The translations under genes were made by a program, and so were the position numbers. DNA of 64,000 nucleotides from Macrostomum lignano (taxonomy: Eukaryota): assembly GCA_002269645.1 (NCBI GenBank), contig NIVC01003489.1:1-64000 (forward strand), in the 5' to 3' direction. The stretch's first letter is position 1, and every line of letters begins with the position of its first letter. Shown here one piece after another: positions 11,679 through 22,633 of this stretch. The notes under the pieces were generated by a model that saw only the letters and a list, made by a program, of their open reading frames with translations, had not been told where the DNA came from and ran no database searches.

Positions 11679-14600
11679 TCACCAAGGTCTCCAGAGGCTG
11701 TCTCCGGTGGGCACGCCGCCGCTGTCGTCAAGGCAACAACGGTCGCCGATCACCGTCGGCTCGTACGGCCCGGGCGAAATCGGCTCGTAGCGCGGCTGCT
11801 CCGGCGGCGGCGGCTGCTCGCGAAAGGCGCGCCGCTTCTTCGCCGGCGGCTGCAGCTGCCGCATCGGCGGGGGCGGCGGCGGTGCCGACCGAGGGTTCGG
11901 CGAGGCCGACAGCTCAATGAGCGCCGCGGCGGCCGTGGCGGTGGCGCTGGCTGCGGCCAGCGAAGTTGTCGACAACTTCTTCGGGGTCGGCGGGGTCGCC
12001 GAGTGCTGATTGGACAGATCGCCCAGGGCCGGCCGGCTGGCGGCGGCGGAGAGGGCGGATATGGGGGAGGGCGCGGGAGCGGACGCGAGCGCGGCCAGTT
12101 TCTCGCGCCCGATAGCCGCAGGCGAGTCCGCATTGTCCAGATAGCCCCTGCGGGTTGGGTTTGAGCTCAGTCAGCATCTGACTGTTCTGCTTTTGCTACT
12201 GTAAGTACGAGCGGTGAAATGTAAGAAAATGTCTCAGGCCATAGACTAATCAGACACATGAGCATACAGCTCAGGCCAGACTACTCAGACACATGAGCAC
12301 AAAGCTCAGGTCAGAGACATCACACAGACACTGATGAGCACACAGCTCAGGTCAGAGACATCACACAGACACTGATGAGCACACAGCTCAGGTCAGAGAC
12401 ATCACACAGACACTGATGAGCACAAAGCTCAGGTCAGAGACATCACACAGACACTGATGAGCACACAGCTCAGGTCAGAGACATCACAGAGACACTGATG
12501 AGCACACAGCTCAGGTCAGAGACATCACACAGACACTGATGAGCACACAGCTCAGGTCAGAGACATCACACAGACACTGATGAGCACAAAGCTCAGGTCA
12601 GAGACATCACACAGACACTGATGAGCACACAGCTCAGGTCAGAGACATCACACAGACACTGATGAGCACACAGCTCAAGTCAGAGACATCACACAGACAC
12701 TGATGAGCACACAGCTCAGGTCAAGAGACATCACACAGACACTGATGAGCACACAGCTCAGGTCAGAGACATCACACAGACACTGATGAGCACACAGCTC
12801 AAGTCAAAGACATCACACGGACACTGATGAGCACACAGCTCAGGTCAAGAGACATCACACAGACACTGATGAGCACACAGCTCAGGTCAGAGACATCACA
12901 GAGACACTGATGAGCACACAGCTCAGGTCAGAGACATCACACAGACACTGATGAGCACACAGCTCAGGTCAGAGACATCACACAGACACTGATGAGCACA
13001 AAGCTCAGGTCAGAGACATCACACAGACACTGATGAGCACACAGCTCAGGTCAGAGACATCACACAGACACTGATGAGCACACAGCTCAAGTCAGAGACA
13101 TCACACAGACACTGATGAGCACACAGCTCAGGTCAAGAGACATCACACAGACACTGATGAGCACACAGCTCAGGTCAGAGACATCACACAGACACTGATG
13201 AGCACACAGCTCAAGTCAAAGACACCACACGGACACTGATGAGCACACAGCTCAGGTTAGAGGCATCACACAGACACTGATGAGCACACAGCTCAGGTCA
13301 GAGACATCACAGAGACACTGATGAGCACACAGCTCAGGTCAGAGACATCACACAGACACTGATGAGCACACAGCTCAGGTCAGAGACATCACACAGACAC
13401 TGATGAGCACAAAGCTCAGGTCAGAGACATCACACAGACACTGATGAGCACACAGCTCAGGTCAGAGACATCACACAGACACTGATGAGCACACAGCTCA
13501 AGTCAGAGACATCACACAGACACTGATGAGCACACAGCTCAGGTCAAGAGACATCACACAGACACTGATGAGCACACAGCTCAGGTCAGAGACATCACAC
13601 AGACACTGATGAGCACACAGCTCAAGTCAAAGACATCACACGGACACTGATGAGCACACAGCTCAGGTTAGAGGCATCACACAGACACTGATGAGCACAC
13701 AGCTCAGGTCAGAGACATCACACAGACACTGATGAGCACACAGCTCAGGTCAAGAGACATCACACAGACACTGATGAGCACACAGCTCAGGTTAGAGACA
13801 TCACACAGACACTGATGAGCTGACAGTTTTTGCCATAGACAAGTCGGTAAGACAGCGAATGGATGAATAAAAATTCTCACTTTTTAATTTTGTCCACAAG
13901 TTCGGCTTTGGTCAGGCGCTCGGACTCGTGGCACAGCCGGTCAATCAGGATGAAGATGTTCTGGATGCCCTTCTTGTAGCCAGTCAGGTAGCTGCGGATC
14001 AGGCTGTCTGGATTGGGGATTCCGGTGTGAGGTGGTGAGTTAAGGATAGCAGCGAGGGGGCCGTAGCCCAGCGGTAGCGCAGCTGCTCTGGTGTGCCAGC
14101 GACCCAGGCTCGATTCCAAGTGCAGTCACATTAATTTGGGGCTGAATTGGAATCTCGGCTTGGCTCTGCTCGTGCAATTAACGGCCTTGAGAGCCAACCC
14201 CCAAGGCGCAGTGAAGTGTACATGCCTAACGATAATATAAAGTTAGGGCCGCTGTACACTCCTGTGTGAGTGTGTGCCTGCGTACGTATCCGCGCGCTTG
14301 TATGCCTGCTCAGGGGAGTCGGCGGAATTGGCATTAATGCCTCTCGCCGGTTGTGTGCCTATGTCGCTTAAAGTGCGTCAGGGCAGGGTGCACACAACCC
14401 CCCTGCCTCTAATAAAAAATAAGGATAGCAGCAGGTACCCGAGGAAGACAATTTGGGAGACTGGGAGAGGTACTGTACGCCGCAGTCAGGGACAGGTGCT
14501 GTAGTCAGGGCTGATGTAGTCAGGGGTGTTATAGTCAAGGGTGCTGTAGTCAAGGGTGCTGTAGGTAGTCAGGGGGTGCTGTAGTCAAGGGTGCTGTAGT

Positions 14601-16137
14601 CAAGGGTGCTGTAGTCAAGGGTGCTGTAGTCAAGGGTGCTGTAGCCAAGGGTGCTGTAGTCAAGGGTGACTGTAGTCAGGGGGTGCTGTAGCCAGGGGGT
14701 GCTGTAGTCAGGGGGTGCTGTAGTCAGGGGGTGCTGTAGTCAGTAAGTCAGGGAGTGCTGTAGCCAGGGGGTGCTGTAGTCAAGGGTGCTGTAGTCAGGG
14801 GGTGCTGTAGTCAGGGGTGCTGTAGCCAGGGGGTGCTGTAGTTAGTCAGGGGTGCTGTAGTCAAGGGTGCTGTAGGTAGTCAGGGGGTGCTGTAGTCAAG
14901 GGTGCTGTAGTCAAGGGTGCTGTAGTCAAGGGTGCTGTAGTCAAGGGTGCTGTAGCCAAGGGTGCTGTAGTCAAGGGTGCCTGTAGTCAGGGGGTGCTGT
15001 AGCCAGGGGGTGCTGTAGTCAGGGGGTGCTGTAGTCAGGGGGTGCTGTAGTCAGTAAGTCAGGGAGTGCTGTAGCCAGGGGGTGCTGTAGTCAAGGGTGC
15101 TGTAGTCAGGGGGTGCTGTAGTCAGGGGTGCTGTAGCCAGGGGGTGCTGTAGTTAGTCAGGGGTGCTGTAGTCAGGGGGTGCTGTAGTCAGGGAGTGCTG
15201 TAGCCAGGGGGTGCTGTAGTCAAGGGTGCTGTAGTCAAGGGTGCTGTAGTCAGCACTGCAGCCTCACCCTCGGCAGCCGCAGGCCGCAGGCGGTCAGGCG
15301 TGGAGGCGGCGGCCTTGGAGTCCATCAGGGCAGCGGCGGGGGCAGCGGGCGGCGGGCCCTGGCAGCGCCTTTCCCGCCTGAGCTGCTCAACAAAGCGGAT
15401 CATCTGCTCGAGGATCTCCGCCTTCTCGGTGCCCGGACTGAACTGCTGGCTACCGAGGCAGAATTCCGTGGAGATGTCGGCGGCAACACCGCCTCCTTTG
15501 AGCTCCTCCTCCCTGAGCAGCTGGTGCATCCGCTCGAAGCAGGCATTAATCCGGTCCCTGCGCTTCTTCTCGGCCCGGGACTTGCTTTCGCGCTGTCAAT
15601 TGTGATGGGCGAGTGTGTATTGAGATGGCGAAGCATTTCATTACATAAATTTAAGCATAGTTACTCTCGCCGTTTACTCAATTGAATAGAGAGAGCAGCA
15701 TGTACTTTTCAATTATTGATGCAATATTTAATTAGGCACCATAAATTTTCATGATTCTTTGAAATTTACACTTGAAATTTGCTTTTGGAGGTTGCTAAAA
15801 AGTTCCCTGATATTGAATTTAAGCTTTCATTTCATTACTATTCTAAGGTTTTAAGTCAGAGTTACTCAGTTATTAGATTCATGTTTGATTTATCCTGTTA
15901 AGATGGAGTAGGGAAATCTCAAATAACTTTTAGCTAAGTGTTAATCCAAATCCCAAACCTGATAATTCCAATCACAGTGCGCATAGTGCTTACCCTCCTG
16001 GGATTGATGCCGCCCGGGCTGCAGTTAAGCGACGAGTCCAGGCTGGTATTGAACATGCTCCGGTTGAGATTCTCGCCGGCGCCAGCCAGAGAGCCAGACG
16101 ATGATACGTGCAGCTCCGCCGAGTTCTGCTGCTCCAT
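11679..16137 (-). CDS. hes: Hairy/Enhancer-of-split family bHLH-Orange repressor with C-terminal WRPW; exons 16137-15994, 15592-15268, 14007-13881, 12147-11679 (354 aa)
   Basis: All junctions are GT-AG and phase-consistent (0, 1, 2); total 1065 nt. bHLH KSRAEKKRRDRINACF...EKAEILEQMIRFV, Orange SYLTGYKKGIQNIFILI, terminal DSLWRPW*. Confidence 0.92.
12290..13820. repeat. 41-bp minisatellite (gagcacacagctcaggtcagagacatcacacagacactgat) x~37 in hes intron 3
   Basis: Directly visible. Confidence 0.95.
14054..14419 (+). mobile_element. Full-length tRNA-derived SINE, copy 2, with 13-bp target-site duplication
   Basis: A box TAGCCCAGCGG, B box GGCTCGATTCC, tail aataaaaaa. TSD taaggatagcagc at 14041-14053 and 14420-14432. 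Confidence 0.88.
14500..15252. repeat. ~15-bp minisatellite (gtagtcaagggtgct and variants) in hes intron 2
   Basis: Directly visible. Confidence 0.95.
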
Positions 16138-17436
16138 TGGCGCGTAGTGGATTTGGCAGGAGCTTCGTTTGAATGCAGAAATGTTAGCAGGCTCTCAGGC
16201 AGACCTACTAACTAAGCAGAGATTTTATACGCCCGCCGCCTCTCCAGACAGAAAATCTCAGTTTAAAGCTGGCCTGGGCCTCTCGGGCGGGCCCGAGTGA
16301 ATCATTCCCGATCCGGAGGGGCCTGGGGGAGGCCTGGGTGCTGCGTTCGATGGGGTTGTAAAACCCCCTTGTGTCCCTCGGAAGGATGTACAGTGAAGGA
16401 TGGCATAAAGCCTGCCCCACCACCCCCGACCCCGCGCAGACCCCCATGATTTGGGGGCCCACGCAAGGCGGTTTATAATACTTAAAGAACTGGGCTAGGC
16501 CCCGTGAGTCACTAATAAGGGGGCCAACAGCAAAGCGAGCCCACCCTACCCCTATGTGCCGCCATTATTCAACTCTGGGACCCCAGCCAGCCAGAACCAC
16601 CAGAAGGCCTAAAGCAGAAAGAGTTGTGGCCGTGGGGCCGCGCCAAGCCTTTCCTGTTTCTTTATCCTTCCTCTTCACCTCTCCTACCCTTGGGGTCGAC
16701 CGGGCTTTCTTATTAGCAAGGTTATCGCTTCCGATCTGCGCACAACGGCACAAGTGGAAAAACAAAGTATTTATATGCAAGGTATCTGTATAAAGCAAAT
16801 AAAGACGAAACGAGGATGTCATTTCAGGCCAATACGACTCTGACCTGACAGTTGCGCACCAGAAATTTGTTCAGGGGGGATTTCGGAGGGTAAAGATCCC
16901 AGCGGGGACGGAAGGATTAGCTCTGTATTTTGGCAAAAATGCGCTTGGTCCCCTCTGTGATTTTTTCAGGTCTCCTGGAGTACATTCTATGTATGACAGC
17001 CTGCAAGGATTGTGTACAATTATTGACAGTTCAGGCCTAGCTCATAAGCTAAAAATGGATGCTGATTACGAGCGCATTGCTTACGATGGTTCCAGAGAAA
17101 AATCAGTTACTACGATTAAATATGTCTGCCATATCATACAAACAAACTAAAATCCTCTTAAATTCCTTCCCGCTTTAAGTGTTCAATCAATCTTCAGTGT
17201 ATTTGATGCGTAAGCTCTTTGAAAAGAAACGACAATGGGCTTACATACAGTTCCGATGAACAATCCGCTATGAGGCGCAGCTTTAGAAAGCGCAAGGACA
17301 TCCAAATACATGTAAGGACTTAGAAACATTAATTATATAGTCTTTGTCACTACCGCGGTCACCTTCTCAACAGATAGCAAGTCTCTCTGAGCATTAAATC
17401 GGCCCTAACAAACAGACTGGAACTTTATTTAAAAAA

Positions 17437-19072
17437 TTAAAAATCCTTCTCGGAGAAGAAATCTGCCAAGTTGCAGACCGCCAAGTTGCAGAGTGCGGCG
17501 TCCTGCTCGGCACTGTGCCAGCCGATGATGAGTTTGCTGCGACTGCGGGCCGCCGTGAAGCCCTCCGGCCGGCCAAGCTCTCCGCCGCTGCACTTTATCT
17601 GCAGTGGCATGTCGGACAGACACTTGATACGTCAAGTCACAGAGACCAGGTGCGTCGCCATAGGGGGGGGGGACAGGTGGGACGTGTCCCCCCGTCCCCC
17701 CCCCAGTAAAAGCTATGGGGAGGCATGCCACTGCTTTGTCCCCCCACCCCCACCTTGTGACTCGTTGTGGTCATCAATAATTTTTCTTCAAGGCGCCAAA
17801 ATATAGCGCCTTCGGTGCCAAGATGAGTGCCTGCGGCGCTAAAATGAGTACCTGCGGCGCCAAAATGAGCGCTGACAACACGATTCTCACAATAATGGAA
17901 ATGAAGGAATTTAGTCATGTACATGTTGAATTCTCGGCTTTGTCCCCTCCCCCACAATAAAATCCATGGCGACGCCCCTGACAGAGACACTGATGAGCAC
18001 ACAGCTCAGGTCAGAGACATCACACAGACACTGATGAGCACACAGCTCAGGTCAGAGACATCACACAGACACTGATGAGCACACAGCTCAGGTCAGAGAC
18101 ATCACACAGACACTGATGAGCACACAGCTCAGGTCAGAGACATCACACAGACACTGATGAGCACACAGCTCAGGTCAGAGACATCACACAGACACTGATG
18201 AGCACACAGCTCAGGTCAGAGACATCACACAGACACTGATGAGCACACAGCTCAGGTCAGAGACATCACACAGACACTGATGAGCACACAGCTCAGGTCA
18301 GAGACATCACACAGACACTGATGAGCACAAAGCTCAGGTCAGAGACATCACACAGACACTGATGAGCACACAGCTCAGGTCAGAGACATCACACAGACAC
18401 TGATGAGCACACAGCTCAAGTCAGAGACATCACACAGACACTGATGAGCACACAGCTCAGGTCAAGAGACATCACACAGACACTGATGAGCACACAGCTC
18501 AGGTCAGAGACATCACACAGACACTGATGAGCACACAGCTCAGATCAGAGACATCACACAGACACTGATGAGCACACAGCTCAGGTCAGAGACATCACAC
18601 ATACACTGATGAGCACAGTTTACGCTAAGGCCACCGGCCACACAGCCCCAGCTAGAGCCGTCCCACTCACCCCAGTGTGCCCGTCAGCCAGGTCCACTCG
18701 CCACTCCCGGCCGCAGAGGGTGATCGGCTTTCGCCGAAATCCGCGGCGCCGAATGCCGCTGAGCAGCTCTTCGAGCTCCCACTTGGCCGGCTCCGGTTCA
18801 ACGCCCAGGGACGCCAGCAGTCGCAGGTCCGAAAGCTCTACGATGACGCCGGCGCTGCAGAGACCGGGACCGACCAGGATGACGGCCAGGTAGTCGGGCC
18901 AGTCCCAAAGGCCCACCGGGGCCCGGGACCGCTCGGCCAGGGTGGCCACATCGCAGCGCCAGTAGGGCAGCTGACGGCGCCGCTCCTCCGCCACTGCGGC
19001 CGCCGTGGCGCCGCCTGCGGCTGCGGCTTCCGCCACGCGAATCCGATTTAGCAGAAATTGGTCCACGTTCAT
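17437..19072 (-). CDS. Profilin-family protein with ~55-aa N-terminal extension; coding exons 19072-18671 and 17598-17437 (187 aa)
   Basis: Phase-0 join ...ADGHTG|[29 protein letters not shown]...[10 protein letters not shown]...[14 protein letters not shown]...[17 protein letters not shown] aligns by eye with the profilin consensus (WxxYV..L, ITLxGxxY, GxxxxKTxxxxIIG, VxxLxDYL). Confidence 0.8.
17647..17980. mobile_element. 334-bp hAT-type MITE
   Basis: TIRs caggtgcgtcgccata / catggcgacgcccctg; 8-bp TSD acagagac at 17639-17646 and 17981-17988 (8-bp TSD is typical of hAT). Confidence 0.85.
17981..18617. repeat. Second array (x~15) of the same 41-bp minisatellite, in the profilin intron
   Basis: Unit identical to 12290-13820. 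Confidence 0.95.
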
Positions 19073-19093
19073 TGCTGCGGAATTGGGTTCCGT

Positions 19094-19513
<420 letters not shown>

Positions 19514-19953
19514 TGCAGCAGCTCAAAAAGTTCAGCTCTTACCTTTCCGGCTGCTCAAACGCGTGCCGAAGCTCCACACCAAAATGTTAAAACAACTTTG
19601 ATGACAACAAAAACCGAAGGCAAGAAGATGCTGATAGTATAAGAGTTATAGCACAGTGTGTTAGCTAACGCATCTGTTTTATATACAAACTTAACGCTCT
19701 GGTTGGACTGAAAACATGGCAGCGAACTGTACCGAGAGCTGCAGCTCTGTACTTGCAGGTGAGGCGGGGCAGGGGGTGCCGAGATGAAGAAGCGAGTCTG
19801 GACTGAGCTGAGCCAGCTGCTCTTTTAGAGACCTCTTCAGTTCAGCTGCTTGAAAAGAAGGCTTGCCATGCACTTGGTTTTTCTATTTATAAAGGCTTCT
19901 AAATAACTAAGCGGGGACCGTGGGGGCAGAGAGTAGCGCCAGAGTCGGAAATA

Positions 19954-19967
19954 GTTGCCATGACACC
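19954..19967. promoter_or_regulatory. Possible RFX X-box upstream of the profilin gene
   Basis: GTTGCCATGACACC matches the canonical GTTGCCATGGCAAC at 12/14; an ETS-like ccggaagt lies at 20061. Confidence 0.35.
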
Positions 19968-20519
19968 CACAGGGCAGCCCGTGAGCGCAGCCAAGGAGAG
20001 ATAAGAGTTGCGTCTTGCTTGATTTTTTTGCAGTCGGACCGCCACTCTCTGTGTGTTTGGCCGGAAGTTGAGACGCAAGCGAAGGAAGTGGCGCAGCAAG
20101 GCTACTTTCAAGTCTATTTATCGGCACGCACCCTGTCCGTGTTACTTTTAGTAGTGCCGTGCGTATGTGCATGAAAGCTATCAAATTTGATAGAGAGTAT
20201 TTGTTTGAACAAGCGGAGCGCCTATTTCTTTAGTGCTCAACTTTGCCCGAGCGATCCAAGGCTTCCCCCACCTGAGATGCATGTAACAATTGGCCTTCAA
20301 TCACGTTTGCATGGTTAGGTAGTTCATAGTGACTGCTCAGGTGAGCGGGTCAGTTGCTGGTGTGATTGGCTTTTTCAATAAGAGAAAATATATCGAAAAA
20401 GCATGCATTATTATGCTATTTTTATCCTATACCTGTAATTATTATAGACATAAAATTTATATCTAGGTTACTGTTTTACTAAACATTATTGGACTCAAAT
20501 ATTGCGACTAAAATCTCAT

Positions 20520-20755
20520 ATGAGTAAAATCCCGTATGACTCAAATTCCATATGACTCAAATCCCATATCTAGTCGAGCAGCAATCAGAAGACGTATTAC
20601 GAAGGAGGCAGATAAGAGGCAGAGAAGAGGGCCCACTGTGACGTTCGTCAGGTATTCGAGAGTGACATTTTCGAGAGTGATATATTCGAGAGTGACATGT
20701 TCGAGTGACAATTTTGAGAGTGAAATATTCGACATATTCGAGAGTGACATTTTCA
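20520..20755. repeat. Two short degenerate arrays (atatgactcaaatccc x3; ttcgagagtgacatt x~7)
   Basis: Directly visible. Confidence 0.8.
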
Positions 20756-20994
20756 ACAGATGTCGATTTCAGTCGGGAGGATAGTTCTCAATCACAGCGA
20801 CCTCAACAGCCGCTGATAAGCGTGTGCGAGCAAGTTGCTCAGGTGCGATGGATTAAAATGACGGGCTAAATTAGTCTGTGGCCCAGCCCACTGAAGTGAA
20901 GTGAGTTGAAGTGAATCTGTGCTCAGTCCAGCGAGCTCAAATCCCAGCACTCGAGCTCAGCTGCAAAATTCTACAACAGAAATCGATCGACAGC

Positions 20995-21192
20995 ATGCCT
21001 AGCTGCTTCCAGGGAATCTGGAATCGCATCCGCAGGCGCTTCATGCCCAGGCGGTACCGCGCGGAGCAGCAGCAGGAGGCGAGGCGCCTGCTGAAGGAGA
21101 GGTGGAAGGACGCGGTTTGGGAGAAGTTTCTGCGGCTGCAAATCGAATTTCAGAGAAGAATTAAAAAGCAGCTTGAGTGGCAGATGCTTTGA
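20995..21192 (+). CDS. Possible 65-aa basic helical microprotein of unknown function
   Basis: ATG-initiated, GC3-rich ORF MPSCFQGIWNRIRRRFMPRRYRAEQQQEARRLLKERWKDAVWEKF...; no family recognised. Confidence 0.35.
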   Translation: MPSCFQGIWNRIRRRFMPRRYRAEQQQEARRLLKERWKDAVWEKFLRLQIEFQRRIKKQLEWQML

Positions 21193-21311
21193 GATGGCCT
21201 TAAGCCCGTTCGTAGACGGCGACGTCCCCGATGTGGAGGCCGAGGAGTTTGAGCGGCGGCGGATGGAGACAGCCTTATGGAATAAGCTCCCATAGATCGT
21301 TTATCCCCCAC

Positions 21312-21432
21312 TTGGGCCGGGCCAAATAAATGGCTCCGCCAATAGGAAAGCAAGATTCATTTATCTGGCCCGGCCAAATAAATGGCTAAACCAATAGAAA
21401 AGAGCCATTCATTTGGCCGGGCCAGATAAATG
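21312..21432. repeat. Inverted pair of 27-bp quasi-palindromes plus a half site (catttatctggcccggccaaataaatg)
   Basis: Copies at 21356-21382 and, inverted, 21406-21432; half copy 21312-21330. Confidence 0.8.
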
Positions 21433-22055
21433 ACGCAACTTTAGACATAGACATGTATTTTGAGTTACAAATGAACGAGCAGCAAACGATGGAACGAGCA
21501 ATGTTTTGAACAAAAACGGATATTAAGTCTAATTAGATGTGATTGAAATGTATATAAACGCTTATTGTTGTTAATCGAAGTTAATCAAATTAATTAATTA
21601 ATGAGCAATCAAAGTGCATGCTGATTCTGTTAGTCTCACCGCATATTTCTAGTCGCATCTTCTTTTTGGGGGTCGCAGTGTCAACGGCAGACGTTGAGAC
21701 GGCATCAGGCGGAGCTGTAGGCGCAGATGTTGTTGTCGCTACTCCGACGTTATCCTGAGCGTCTCGCTGATCATTCTCTGTTGGTTTATCGACACTCCAA
21801 TGTACTTCTCCACGGCGGTGCTGCTATGCCCCGTTACACGGCATATATCGGCGCGCTGCATGCCGGATTCGTGCAGCCGGGTGGCGCATGTCTTTCTCAA
21901 GCTTTGGTTGGTGTATCGAGCCGTGTCATTAGGAGCTCTTATCGTCTCTCCTCTTGCATCTTTGCCGTCTTCCTTCTCCTTTTTCTCTTTCCTTCTCGTT
22001 TTTTACCATAGACTACAGACTTTGGCGCCGTCAGCCAAGCGAGGGATAAATAGAG

Positions 22056-22194
22056 TATTACCCCTATGGATTCATTTAATTTGGGCCTCAAAAGTGACCT
22101 CGGGCTGCATTTCTATGGCCTCGGCTTCGCCTCGGCCAATAAATGCAGCCTCGGTCACTGTATTAGCCATATAAATAAATCCATAGGGGTAATA
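22056..22194. repeat. 139-bp unit with 23-bp inverted ends (tattacccctatggattcattta / taaataaatccataggggtaata) and an internal 25-mer motif; likely Crypton-associated
   Basis: 22/23 inverted match; internal cctcggcttcgcctcggccaataaa recurs exactly, inverted, at 46288-46312. Confidence 0.7.
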
Positions 22195-22633
22195 GTACAT
22201 TAATACCCATGCTTTAAGGGCGTTAATGGGAAAATCAGAGGGCGCCGTTAGTTAATGTCATTAACTGCCCGCTAATTTGAATTAAAGTAAGTTTGACTCC
22301 TGCAAGCGGGCTTAAATGTAGTCTATGGCATTAAAAGGCAAGAATAAGTGCCCGGCGGGCACAAAGGTCATGGTACAATACCATATACTTATTCCCTAGA
22401 TGGGCCGCTCACTATTCAAACTGCTGTGACTAAGCCAAGCCAAGTACCCTCATATCACCCCATAGACAATCAATATGCCTCTCGTCGTACTAAAGGGTCT
22501 AAAGGATCTTTTGCGGTCTAAAGGGAGCAAGCAATGGTATATTCATCGCCTACCGGCGCTCGCGTGTTATACCAATATCATGCACCCCGACTGCAGATGA
22601 GTGCATTGACTAGCGTTTCCCTATAGGCTAGCA

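Noticed and set aside
14054-14130. A tRNA gene
   Set aside because: A and B boxes are present, but there is no clean cloverleaf. The sequence continues into a repeated body with an A tail and TSD, so it is a SINE.
16200-16830. GC-rich block upstream of hes as a structured RNA or retroelement UTR
   Set aside because: No second copy, TSD, tail or ribozyme core identified.
12290-18617. 41-bp satellite as a hammerhead ribozyme or C/D snoRNA array (contains CTGATGAG)
   Set aside because: No GAAA after a stem II and no stems I/III. The motif is on the strand opposite the host transcripts, and box spacing is too short.
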